Origin: an uncultured Pseudomonadota bacterium
GTDB taxonomy: Bacteria; Oederibacteriota; Muellerivitia; Muellerivitales; Muellerivitaceae
Reading direction: 5' to 3'
Assembly (NCBI GenBank): GCA_963843375.1
Contig: CAWJKT010000005.1
Coordinates: forward strand, 1 to 26,220
DNA: 26,220 nt
In this document: one piece after another, positions 18,301 to 26,220 of the stretch
Numbering within the stretch: position 1 is the stretch's first letter
Layout: each line of letters opens with the position of its first letter
Notes under the pieces: model-generated
Told to the model about the DNA's origin: nothing
Seen by the model: only the letters and a program-made list of their open reading frames with translations
Database searches by the model: none
Position numbers and translations under genes: made by a program

Positions 18301-19318
18301 CCATTTTTTGCCGCTCAGTGACGTCCCGGAAAACCGCCGTGAAAAAAAGTCGGCCGTCCCTGCCGAATTCCCCGAAAGACCCTTCCAGGGGCAGGGCACG
18401 TCCTTCCCGGTGGAGGCCCTCGAATTCGAACACACGACTCCCAAGCCCTTCCTTTTGATTTTTGAGATAACCGACAACCGAATCGAGGAAACCCGGCCGT
18501 GATTTTTCCGACAGGATCATGGCGATGGACTTTCCCGTCATTTCATGGGTGCCATATCCGAAAATGGCTTGAACCGCCGGGCTGGCGTAAACCACCGTTC
18601 CCTCGTCATCAATGTTTAAGATGGCGTCGTAGGCCGTCTCGGTCAGGGCCCGGAAACGCCTTTCCTCATCCAGGAGGGCCGTTTCGTTCTTTAGAGCCTG
18701 GCGGAGGTCGGCGGTGATGGAATAGCCGATCCCCATGACCCCCAGCGCCAGTAAAACTCCCAGGACAACAACCACTAGGTCGAATTGGACCAGGGCGGAG
18801 AGATCAGCTTGGGCCTTGGCGTCCTTCTCATCAATGTATTCGATGTAAGCCTGGCTGGCATTGTCGAAATCAATCGTGATATTTTTCAGATACAGGTTAT
18901 AGAGTTTCTCGGCGGAATCGCTTTTTTGGGCGGTGGAGGTTAGTATCCCCAATTGGAACTGGACGCTTTGGATTCCAGCGCCCAGCCGGTAAAGCATCTC
19001 CCGTCCCGGTGGGTCCTGTTCCATCCTGGTGAGTTGGCTGAAAAGATCCTGCGCTTTTTTGAAATAGGCCAGAGCCCGGGACCGGTTGAGGTCATCTTTC
19101 AGGATGGCAAAATTCTTGCCCTTGGAGATAGCCAATTGAAAAGCCGCGTTGGTTTCCTCGGCAAGTTGGGACTTTTGGTCGAATAGCTCGTCCTCCTGGC
19201 GGCTTTGCAGGGCCATCCAAAAGCCCGCAAAGGCCGTGAGGAAAAAAAGAGCGACAAGGGCCCCCAGGACGTAGGTAGCGGTGATTTTGGCCCTGACTTT
19301 TTTGGCGAACTCTGGCAT
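15365..19318 (-). CDS. Membrane-bound multi-PAS sensor histidine kinase (NtrB-like core, seven PAS domains)
   Basis: Two TM helices flanking a helical periplasmic domain; seven PAS/PAC units ending in DxTER/ARK-like linkers; H-box GMAHEIRNP; N/G boxes; GTGA overlap with the regulator. Confidence 0.93.
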   Translation of the reverse strand: MPEFAKKVRAKITATYVLGALVALFFLTAFAGFWMALQSRQEDELFDQKSQLAEETNAAFQLAISKGKNFAILKDDLNRSRALAYFKKAQDLFSQLTRMEQDPPGREMLYRLGAGIQSVQFQLGILTSTAQKSDSAEKLYNLYLKNITIDFDNASQAYIEYIDEKDAKAQADLSALVQFDLVVVVLGVLLALGVMGIGYSITADLRQALKNETALLDEERRFRALTETAYDAILNIDDEGTVVYASPAVQAIFGYGTHEMTGKSIAMILSEKSRPGFLDSVVGYLKNQKEGLGSRVFEFEGLHREGRALPLEGSFGEFGRDGRLFFTAVFRDVTERQKMEKAFKESEERFRLFSELSREGIVIHEKGTIMDVNQAALDMLGYGAPEVIGKDVVAFLDVESAQRALKRRQAGYPDSRFEGIAQRKDGTRFPVEIDGKPFELNGRQLRVIRVWDLTERKKAEQALRQSEENFRTLIERAPDAILVNRDRKIIYVNKRCLDLLGYGDRESLSQKDPLEIVHLDDRPKVTQRIQNALLGGENPSLEIRVVRRDGSLVDVESTSVGIQFEERSSTMVILRDITERRRAESELENRERYYRALIENIQDVITVLDFEGNQLFASPAQQKVIGYSPEEMQGKAFRDFIHPQDLPAVLMTFQSLIENPGKVNRVKYRFRHKNGNWVACESIGKTFMSGGQECVIVANRDVTEREKAEQALVESEERYRLLVESSPEGVVVNDENILYVNPAGVGIFGASNAGDLVGRPLLNFVPAEEKTWALDTLLKTAGKNQPAVPVERKILRPDGKVIDILCSSIPFDYQGKKAVLTLFSDISERKIAEKKLWESEERFHSIFDHSPMGIGLVALDSTVVLSNPKFCEMSGYTRQELVGQSCHAITYPSDIETDVKYLSRLAEGEISHYAIEKRYVRKDGSILWAYLIGALVRDDSGKPVYQLAMVEDLTARKQAEAAVRESQERYRSLVESMQNAVMVHDEDKILYVNPWAVTIFGARDEEDLLGKPYLTVVPPEFHEDVRRRIRATIENGTRNELTERKLKRLDGTPLDVLVTSVPFYDRGRRVVLAIFLDITALKEAERKAQRYQRLAALGELAAGMAHEIRNPTAAISAQAQYLLKKTKEASPSYEQLKDILQQCDRLDTLIHDTLDYSPEKKFEERTEIPAKKLFQKALWLAQTQFGPNHKRTHVDIEMPGNIPPLRVHPTRMERVLVNLILNAFQAMPEGGNLLLKADQLENATILRVEDDGKGVSVEEMARLFEPFYTSRKMGSGLGLTICQKIVEEHQGRIRVELVQPHGTAFIIELPLEKEAVS

Positions 19319-19401
19319 GGAATCTTCTTAGGGCTGAATTCCGCCGTTTAAAGATAATCAACGAACAGCGAGGCTTATCAATATATACGAAAGTATGAAC
19401 C

Positions 19402-19626
19402 TTGCCAAATCCGGAAAAAACAGGCGATCAAAAAGAAGCCCTCGAAACAGCTTCCTCTAAAACAGGCCTTCCTCCTTATCTTCTAGAAAAGGATATTTGG
19501 GTTGTCTGGGCCCTATCCGCTTTATTCCAATCAAGTAACGCTTCACTTCTTACTTTCAAAGGCGGGACTTCCCTTTCCAAAGCCTATAACGTCATACATC
19601 GCTTTTCCGAAGATATTGACCTAACT
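19402..19626 (+). pseudogene. N-terminal fragment of an AbiEii-family nucleotidyltransferase (type IV TA toxin)
   Basis: LLEKDIWVVWAL...LTFKGGTSLSKAY..IHRFSEDIDLT. Similarity stops at 19626, 6 bp before the stop codon of the convergent receiver gene; the rest of the ORF is antisense to that gene. Confidence 0.8.
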
Positions 19627-19632
19627 GCCGCC

Positions 19633-20028
19633 TTATTTGATTTTTTTGTCTTCGTCGATCTTGAGGATTTCCCGGACTTTTTCCATGACCTCGTTGACCC
19701 CACAGGGTTTACTTATAAAGGCCGAAACCTTGTATCCCTTTTCCATGAAATCCGGTTTCAACCCCTGGTAATGTCCCGAGACAATGATCACGGGTAGCCG
19801 GGGATAATCCTTTTTCAGGACTTCAAAGGTCTCCAGGGTGTTCGCAGCCGGCATTTCCAGGTCTGTCACCAAAAGGTCTATCTTTTCGTCCTTGAGTTCC
19901 GCGAGGACCTGTGCAGCGTTGTCGCAGGACAGGACCCGGAAGCCCGCCTTGCTGAAGGCCTTGAAATAAGAAAGCACCACGCTGGGATTGTCGTCCGCGA
20001 ACAAGATCGTAAAATCCGAGGGTTTCAT
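19633..20028 (-). CDS. Single-domain response regulator (CheY-like receiver)
   Basis: ILFADD, LLVTDLEMP, IIVSG and SKP motifs; AAGGAG RBS. Confidence 0.9.
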   Translation of the reverse strand: MKPSDFTILFADDNPSVVLSYFKAFSKAGFRVLSCDNAAQVLAELKDEKIDLLVTDLEMPAANTLETFEVLKKDYPRLPVIIVSGHYQGLKPDFMEKGYKVSAFISKPCGVNEVMEKVREILKIDEDKKIK

Positions 20029-20098
20029 ACGGTCTCCTTTATATTTATTGTTGTTATCCGCAAAACTTTCCCTTCCTCATGGCAATCGACCAACCTTA

Positions 20099-21229
20099 TC
20101 AGCCATCAAGGGCCTTCTGAGGCAGGGTGAACCAAAAGGTAGAGCCTTTTCCGTCCTTACTCACCATCCCGATCCGGCCGCCATGGGCCTCGACGGCCAT
20201 TTTGCAAAAAGTGAGCCCCAGTCCTGTGGAAAACATCCGGCTCCTCCCGCCACCCTCCACTTGGCCGAATTTCTCGAAAATTCGGTCCTGGTATTCTGCG
20301 GGGACCCCAGGGCCATTGTCCACCACCTCAAAACGCGTTCCATCGCCCGTGGATTTGATGTGAAGCTCAACCCTCCCCCCGGTTTTGGGCGCGAACTTCA
20401 GGGCGTTGGCGATAAGGTTTTGGAGGACCCGGAAGAGGAGCCCCCGGTCCAGCCAGCCGTTCAACTCGCCAGTCGGGGAGAAGGCCAGGGTCCTTCCCTC
20501 GGTGAGGGATTCCAGGCTCGCGACCACTTCCCGGCCCAGGCCCAGAACGTCACACGAGACCGGATGAATCGTCATCTTCCCGGCCTCCAGTTTATTAACG
20601 TCTAGGACCCCGTTGACCATCAGGATAATCCGTTTCGCGGCCTTCAGGGATTCTTCGATATCCTCCCGCTGGTCCGGGTCGAATTTTTCTTCCGCATCCT
20701 TGAGGAACCCTAGGAACCCCACCAGGGCCGAGAGCGGCGAGCGCAGGTCATGCACGAGCATGTGCACTAGGCTGTCCCGGAGGGCCAGGAGTTCGGCCAG
20801 TTTTTCATAGTTCCTCTCGATCTCCCGCTTTTGCCGCCGCAATTCGAGGTGGGTTTTCACGCGCGCGTCGACTTCCTGGAATTGAAAAGGCTTCGTCACG
20901 TAGTCCACACCCCCGACCTCGAAGGACCGGACCTTGTCCTCAATGTCGGTGCGGGCGGTCAGGAAAAGGACGGGGATGTCTTTGAGGCGGGGATCAGCCT
21001 TGAGGCGTTTGCAGACCTCATAGCCGTCCATCTCGGGCATACTGATATCTAGCAATATAATGTCGGGAGGTTCGGCGGCCGCCGCTTGCAGAGCCAGCGC
21101 CCCGCTGGGTACCGGACGGACCCGGTAGCCCTGCTCCTTGAGCATCCCGACCAAGAGGGTCAAATTCTCCGGCGTATCATCCACGACCAGGATATTCGGT
21201 ATTTCCGTTATCGTTGTTGGTTTGTCCAT
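20099..21229 (-). CDS. Hybrid REC-histidine kinase
   Basis: N-terminal REC (ILVVDD...LLDISMP...VTKPF); H-box LVHDLRSPL; NLIANALKF; DNGPG; GLGL. Confidence 0.92.
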   Translation of the reverse strand: MDKPTTITEIPNILVVDDTPENLTLLVGMLKEQGYRVRPVPSGALALQAAAAEPPDIILLDISMPEMDGYEVCKRLKADPRLKDIPVLFLTARTDIEDKVRSFEVGGVDYVTKPFQFQEVDARVKTHLELRRQKREIERNYEKLAELLALRDSLVHMLVHDLRSPLSALVGFLGFLKDAEEKFDPDQREDIEESLKAAKRIILMVNGVLDVNKLEAGKMTIHPVSCDVLGLGREVVASLESLTEGRTLAFSPTGELNGWLDRGLLFRVLQNLIANALKFAPKTGGRVELHIKSTGDGTRFEVVDNGPGVPAEYQDRIFEKFGQVEGGGRSRMFSTGLGLTFCKMAVEAHGGRIGMVSKDGKGSTFWFTLPQKALDG

Positions 21230-21254
21230 CCCAACCTTCCTTGGCCCGGGCTTA

Positions 21255-22242
21255 TCAGTCCTTCAATTCTTCGTAGATGGCCTCGAACTCCCCGGCCATT
21301 CCCTTGAAGGCCGCCAGGACCCTCGGGTCCAGGTGTTTGGGGTCACTTCGACCATCGCCTTCGGTGATGATGGAATAGGTCTTGGCCGCGTCGAAGGGCG
21401 GCTTGTAGGGCCGCTTGTTGCGCAGGGCGTCGTATTGGTCGGCCAGCACCAGGATGCGGGCGGAGAATGGAATGGACTCCCCGGCCAGCCCTTGCGGATA
21501 ACCGCTCCCGTCCCAGCGCTCGTGATGGGACTTGGCGATCTCTTTCCCCATCTTGAGGAAGGCACTGTTGGGGTAGGTTTTCAACACGGTCGAAAGCGTC
21601 TCGGCCCCGATCGCCGCGTGGGTCTTCATGATCTCCCATTCCTCCGGGGTGTGCTTGCCCGGCTTGAGCAGGATGCTGTCCGGGATGCCCACCTTGCCGA
21701 TGTCGTGCAGGGCGCTAGCGTGGAAGATGGTCTCGATGAAGGCCTCGTCCACCAAGTCGCCGAACACCTTGTCTTTTGCCAGCCTTTGGGCCAATGCGCG
21801 GCAGTAGCGCTGGACCCGCAGGATGTGGTTGCCGGTGTCCTCGTCGCGGTACTCGGAAATCTTGGCCAGCGCCACGATGGTGGCGATCTGCGAATCGGAT
21901 ATTTCCTTGACCTGCGCCCTCACTTGGTCCTGGAGGGAGCGGTTCATTTTCTCCATCTCGACCTGGAGACGCCGAAGCTCCAGGTGGGTTTCCACCCGGG
22001 CCTCCACCTCCTCGAATTGGAAGGGCTTGGTCACGTAGTCCACCCCGCCGAGGGAGAAGGCCGTCACCTTGTCGAAGACCTCGTTGTTGGCGCTGATGAA
22101 GATGACCGGGATGGGGACCAGGTTAGGGTCCGCCTTTAGGGTGGCGCAAACTTGATACCCGTCCATTTCGGGCATATTGATGTCCAGCAGGATGATGTCC
22201 GGCGGCTGGCGGCGGGCCGCCTCCAAAGCAAGTTTGCCGCTG
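21255..22242 (-). pseudogene. REC-HD-GYP (RpfG-like c-di-GMP phosphodiesterase), 5'-truncated by an IS21 end
   Basis: HDIGKVGIPD and HHERWDGSGYP motifs. The receiver starts mid-domain (SGKLAL...) at the IS junction and lacks the ILVVDD segment seen in the neighbouring paralog. Confidence 0.88.
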
Positions 22243-23288
22243 TGTAAACGCCGGTCCAATAGTGTGACGGTCTAGAGAGGGCAAAAAGGCGGTCGAAAAG
22301 TGTGACACTCCCCGAAATTCCCTGGAAGATGTGGGTTTTCAAAGATGAAAACCACGCCTCCAGGAGGAAAAGGAGTGTACAAGGACATGGACCGATGGAC
22401 CGAAATCCGCAAGAAAATCCTGGTGGAGGGGGTCTCCAAACGCCAGGTGATGGAAGAAGAAGGCATCCACTGGGAAACCCTCAAGAAAATACTCGCCCAT
22501 AGCCAACCCCCGGGCTACCGAATGTACCGGGAGAGGTCACAGCCCAAGATTGGGCCCTTCCTGGGCCGCATCAAGCAAATCCTTCAGGACGACAAGCACG
22601 TCCACAAAAAACAACGACATACGGCCAAGCGCATTTTTGAGCGCCTGCGGGATGAGGATGGTTACACCGGCGGCTATAGCCAGGTGAAAAAAGCCGTCCA
22701 GGGGTTCAAGCAAAAGAATAGCGAGGTCTTCGTGCCTTTGATCCATCGGCCCGGGGAGGCCCAGGTGGACTTTGGACACGCCCTGGTCAAACTCAACGGT
22801 GTGTTGGTGAAACGGCCTTTCTTTGTGATGGCACTTCCGTATTCGGATGCTTTTTTCGTCCAGATGTTTGAGCGGGAAAGCACGGAGTTCGTGTGGGAAG
22901 GCCATATCCGGGCCTTCGAATATTTTGGCGGCGTGCCCTGGCGGATCAGCTACGACAATGCCAAGACCCTCGTGACGAAGATCGCCGGGGTACACCAACG
23001 GATTTTGACCAAAAGTTTCCAGCAATTGGAGAGCCATTACCTCTTCGATCACCACTTCTGCACGATACGCCGTGGCAATGAAAAGGGCGTCGTGGAAGGC
23101 GGGGTGAAATACGTCCGCCTGAACTTCATGGTCCCGGTTCCACAGGTGGGAAACCTGGATGAACTGAACGAGCAGTTGGAGGTGAAATGCCGGGAGGACT
23201 TGAAGCGCAAATTGCGGGGGAAGGGTCTACCCAAGGTGCAGCTTCTAGACGAGGATAAGGCCCATTTCAGGCCTTTGCCGGCCACTCC
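22243..23288 (+). mobile_element. Partial IS21-family element (left end plus 5' part of istA), inverted relative to the adjacent intact copy
   Basis: Starts TGTAAACGCCGGTCC; reverse complement of 24757-25802, with one synonymous difference noted (22719 vs 25326); ends exactly at the right IR of the intact copy. Confidence 0.93.
22375..23288 (+). pseudogene. istA: Truncated IS21 transposase IstA
   Basis: Identical to the intact IstA up to ...RPLPATP, then reads into the IR (track ORF 22345..23313); probable GTG start at 22375 after GGAGG. Confidence 0.9.
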
Positions 23289-23297
23289 TGCTAACGC

Positions 23298-23337
23298 CGG
23301 TCGAAAAGTGTGACGGTGGGCGGTCCAAAAGTGTGAC
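23298..23337. repeat. IS21 subterminal IstA-binding repeats CGGTC(C/G)AA(A/T)AGTGTGAC
   Basis: Copies at 23298 and 23321 (right end, 23-bp spacing) and at 22252 and 22290 (left end, 38-bp spacing; mirrored at 25739-25793). Confidence 0.85.
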
Positions 23338-23388
23338 ACCCCCCGCCTTCCATACGCCTTTAGGGTATATGGTCGTTGGTTGAACCTA

Positions 23389-24162
23389 TCAATCCTTCTT
23401 GTCTTTACGTCTCAGCCGTTTCTTCGCTTCCACCAGCCTGAAGCTTTGGCCGTTGGCCTCCAGAATATGCACCCGATGGGTCAAACGGTCAATAAGGGCC
23501 CCCGTCATCCTTTCGGAACCCATGATTTCCACCCAGTTTTCAAAGGGAAGATTCGTCGTTACCATCAGGCTGGTTCGCTCATAGGCCTTGCTGACCACCT
23601 CAAACAGCAACTCCGCTCCCGGCTTGGTGAACGGTACGTAACCCAATTCATCCAAAACGATTAGGTGGAGCCTGGCCAACTGCCGATGGAACTTGGCCAA
23701 TTGTTTTTCCTCGCGGCGCTCCAGAAGTTCGGTGACCAGGCCGGTCACGGAGAAGAACTTCACCGCCCGGCCCTGACAGCAGGCCTGGTAGGCCAGCGCC
23801 GTGGCCAAATGGGTTTTACCTGTTCCCGAATTGCCGATCAGCAGGACGTTTTCTTTTTTGTCGATGTACTCGCCCCGCATGAGTTCCCGCGTCAATTCCT
23901 GGTTGATCGAAGGCTGGGCCTTGAAGTCGAACGTGTCCAAAGTTTTGAGCACGGGAAAGTTGGCGTCGCGGATGCGCCTCTCCTTGGCCCGGCGTTCCCG
24001 GTCTAGAAGCTCCATCTCGGCCAATTTGAGCAGATATTGTGGATAGTCACTGCGTTCTGTGCGGCAGAGTTGGGCCATCTTGTCGTACTCCCGCTGCATG
24101 GTAGGCAGCTTGAGTTTTTTGAGGTGGTGTTCCAGCAAGAGCGTCTTTTTGGATTCGCTCAC
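23389..24162 (-). CDS. istB: IS21 helper AAA+ ATPase IstB
   Basis: Walker A GNSGTGKT, Walker B LIVLDELG, TTNLPF, ALIDRLTH; 4-bp overlap with istA. Confidence 0.96.
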   Translation of the reverse strand: MSESKKTLLLEHHLKKLKLPTMQREYDKMAQLCRTERSDYPQYLLKLAEMELLDRERRAKERRIRDANFPVLKTLDTFDFKAQPSINQELTRELMRGEYIDKKENVLLIGNSGTGKTHLATALAYQACCQGRAVKFFSVTGLVTELLERREEKQLAKFHRQLARLHLIVLDELGYVPFTKPGAELLFEVVSKAYERTSLMVTTNLPFENWVEIMGSERMTGALIDRLTHRVHILEANGQSFRLVEAKKRLRRKDKKD

Positions 24163-25670
24163 GCTTCACCTCCCACAACCATCAGCTCCCGGTAGGCCGA
24201 AAGATCCGTCCGGGCCACTTGAACCCGTCGTAAGTGCTCACGACCGGCAAGGCTGAAGGTGGTCAGCCTGTAATCCTCCCTGGGGTAGAGCAACTGGGCG
24301 ACGGCGTCCCGGGTATAGATTTCCATTCCCACAGCTTTCTTCACCGCACGGGTGAGCCGCGAGAGGGAATATTTCTCCAAGAGGCGCAGAGTCTTGATGA
24401 ATTCCCGTGTCCCTTCACCATGGTGCCTTTCCATGGCTTCCATGCGGCGGCGCAGGAGGGGAAAACTTTCCGGCAGGTTCCAGTCTTCCAGGGGCCGGGC
24501 ATGATCGAGGGCTCCCGGTTTCCCTTCCAAAACCGCTAAATAATGCACCGGATTGAAGACCACACCTTCCTTTCCCCAAAGGCGATCGTGAGTCGCGATG
24601 AGCCTGTCCTTGTGGAAGATATCCACTCGCTTGATGTACCCCTTCACCACCACCGGATGGTGTGCCCATTCGGAAGGAACGGAATAGTCGTTGGTGTCGA
24701 AACGCACGAGGGACAAAGACGTGGCTGTCGTGGACTGTTTCAGACAGGCGTCAAAGGGAGTGGCCGGCAAAGGCCTGAAATGGGCCTTATCCTCGTCTAG
24801 AAGCTGCACCTTGGGTAGACCCTTCCCCCGCAATTTGCGCTTCAAGTCCTCCCGGCATTTCACCTCCAACTGCTCGTTCAGTTCATCCAGGTTTCCCACC
24901 TGTGGAACCGGGACCATGAAGTTCAGGCGGACGTATTTCACCCCGCCTTCCACGACGCCCTTTTCATTGCCACGGCGTATCGTGCAGAAGTGGTGATCGA
25001 AGAGGTAATGGCTCTCCAATTGCTGGAAACTTTTGGTCAAAATCCGTTGGTGTACCCCGGCGATCTTCGTCACGAGGGTCTTGGCATTGTCGTAGCTGAT
25101 CCGCCAGGGCACGCCGCCAAAATATTCGAAGGCCCGGATATGGCCTTCCCACACGAACTCCGTGCTTTCCCGCTCAAACATCTGGACGAAAAAAGCATCC
25201 GAATACGGAAGTGCCATCACAAAGAAAGGCCGTTTCACCAACACACCGTTGAGTTTGACCAGGGCGTGTCCAAAGTCCACCTGGGCCTCCCCGGGCCGAT
25301 GGATCAAAGGCACGAAGACCTCGCTGTTCTTTTGCTTGAACCCCTGGACGGCTTTTTTCACCTGGCTATAGCCGCCGGTGTAACCATCCTCATCCCGCAG
25401 GCGCTCAAAAATGCGCTTGGCCGTATGTCGTTGTTTTTTGTGGACGTGCTTGTCGTCCTGAAGGATTTGCTTGATGCGGCCCAGGAAGGGCCCAATCTTG
25501 GGCTGTGACCTCTCCCGGTACATTCGGTAGCCCGGGGGTTGGCTATGGGCGAGTATTTTCTTGAGGGTTTCCCAGTGGATGCCTTCTTCTTCCATCACCT
25601 GGCGTTTGGAGACCCCCTCCACCAGGATTTTCTTGCGGATTTCGGTCCATCGGTCCATGTCCTTGTACAC
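24159..25670 (-). CDS. istA: IS21 DDE transposase IstA
   Basis: HTH; PGEAQVDFG; FGGVP..ISYDN; EKGVVEGGV; LVRFDTNDYSVP. Probable GTG start at 25670 (track start 25700). Confidence 0.96.
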   Translation of the reverse strand: MYKDMDRWTEIRKKILVEGVSKRQVMEEEGIHWETLKKILAHSQPPGYRMYRERSQPKIGPFLGRIKQILQDDKHVHKKQRHTAKRIFERLRDEDGYTGGYSQVKKAVQGFKQKNSEVFVPLIHRPGEAQVDFGHALVKLNGVLVKRPFFVMALPYSDAFFVQMFERESTEFVWEGHIRAFEYFGGVPWRISYDNAKTLVTKIAGVHQRILTKSFQQLESHYLFDHHFCTIRRGNEKGVVEGGVKYVRLNFMVPVPQVGNLDELNEQLEVKCREDLKRKLRGKGLPKVQLLDEDKAHFRPLPATPFDACLKQSTTATSLSLVRFDTNDYSVPSEWAHHPVVVKGYIKRVDIFHKDRLIATHDRLWGKEGVVFNPVHYLAVLEGKPGALDHARPLEDWNLPESFPLLRRRMEAMERHHGEGTREFIKTLRLLEKYSLSRLTRAVKKAVGMEIYTRDAVAQLLYPREDYRLTTFSLAGREHLRRVQVARTDLSAYRELMVVGGEA

Positions 25671-25802
25671 TCCTTTTCCTCCTGGAGGCGTGGTTTTCAT
25701 CTTTGAAAACCCACATCTTCCAGGGAATTTCGGGGAGTGTCACACTTTTCGACCGCCTTTTTGCCCTCTCTAGACCGTCACACTATTGGACCGGCGTTTA
25801 CA

Positions 25803-26220
25803 CTTCAAACCACTCTTTTGGCTGCGCCGCTTTTTCATATGCCGGTTTACTCATGAAAAGTGTGGCGGCTTTCGTTCCAACGATGAACAAGACCGGGCGT
25901 GGCGAGATGTCTTCGATGCGCTCGTAGTAGTAGAAATCCATAAGCCGTGAGAAATCGGTAAAGACGAACACGCTGCGGGAGGTACTTTGTTGTGCTCTTG
26001 GAGTCCGGTAATAGTCATAAGACTCCTTGATAATCTGGGGTGCGTTCTCCAGAACCTCTTTCGGAGGGATGCCGTCATCGCGTCTGATCGCAAGGCCGCG
26101 CGCCTCCGCTGTGCGCTGCTTTCCGATCTCCACTAAAAGCTGCTTTCTGTCGTATGGCACTGGCCATCCTTCTCGTGCCATCATGCCCATATCCCAAATG
26201 CTAACGGCCGCGATGGCTTT
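25803..26220 (-). pseudogene. Alpha/beta hydrolase (YcjY-like), 3'-truncated by the IS; 5' part outside the window
   Basis: Frame open from the window edge (KAIAAVSIWDMG...ISPRPVLFIVG...AYEKAAQPKEWFE). The stop codon comes from IS sequence, before the expected C-terminal catalytic His. Confidence 0.75.

Larger units (their letters stand above)
23289..25802 (-). mobile_element. Complete IS21-family insertion sequence (~2.5 kb)
   Basis: TG...CA ends (TGCTAACGCCGGTC at 23289; TGTAAACGCCGGTC reading inward from 25802), istA-istB, two subterminal repeats at each end; no flanking direct repeat. Confidence 0.95.

Noticed and set aside
17357..18502. Long antisense ORFs (17357..18502, 21138..22139, 8029..8718, 10197..10790 and similar)
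   Set aside because: They lie opposite well-supported genes in GC-rich sequence and have no recognisable motifs; shadow ORFs.
19627..19797. C-terminal half of track ORF 19402..19797 as part of AbiEii
   Set aside because: It is the antisense of the receiver gene 19633..20028 and has no AbiEii character.
22220..22250. Hybrid promoter from the outward-facing TTTACA (-35-like) at the IS left end
   Set aside because: No -10-like hexamer at 16-18 bp in either flank (here or at 25803+).
22252..23337. Recurring CGGTC.AA.AGTGTGAC motif as a CRISPR-like repeat
   Set aside because: Only two copies per IS end, located in the subterminal regions; typical IS21 transposase-binding repeats, with no spacer array or cas genes.
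25803..25810. Flank 'ctt' matching the continuation of the interrupted istA, or a target-site duplication
   Set aside because: Only 3 bp match, and the flank reads as hydrolase coding sequence; no direct repeat with 22235-22242 or 23281-23288.

Overview
A 26.2 kb bacterial window from a diderm (TonB/ExbBD present), in four blocks. (1) 1-487: a small membrane-anchored ORF ending in VLRI, followed immediately by a multi-stem RNA element that sequesters the RBS of the next gene, which runs off the window edge. (2) 742-13365: a minus-strand cluster of a frameshifted TonB-dependent receptor, exbB, exbD, tonB, a secreted TPR/HEAT protein, a phospholipase C/AcpA-type phosphoesterase, a YncE-like beta-propeller, a COG4705 (DUF347) membrane protein and a hidden membrane-protein pseudogene with three in-frame stops. 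It is divergent from a CusRS/CzcRS-type heavy-metal two-component system, with a clear operator (palindrome plus 11-bp-period repeats) between them. (3) 13403-22242: a signalling cluster. A 7-PAS histidine kinase and a sigma54 activator are followed by a complete sigma54 promoter (-24/-12, IHF site, enhancer) driving a degenerate hemerythrin-like gene. The block also has an AbiEii fragment, a single-domain receiver, a REC-HK and a 5'-truncated REC-HD-GYP gene. (4) 22243-26220: an intact IS21-family element abutting an inverted partial copy of itself, forming a 3.56 kb unit with ~1 kb inverted arms that truncates both flanking genes. All calls come from motif recognition by eye; no searches were run.
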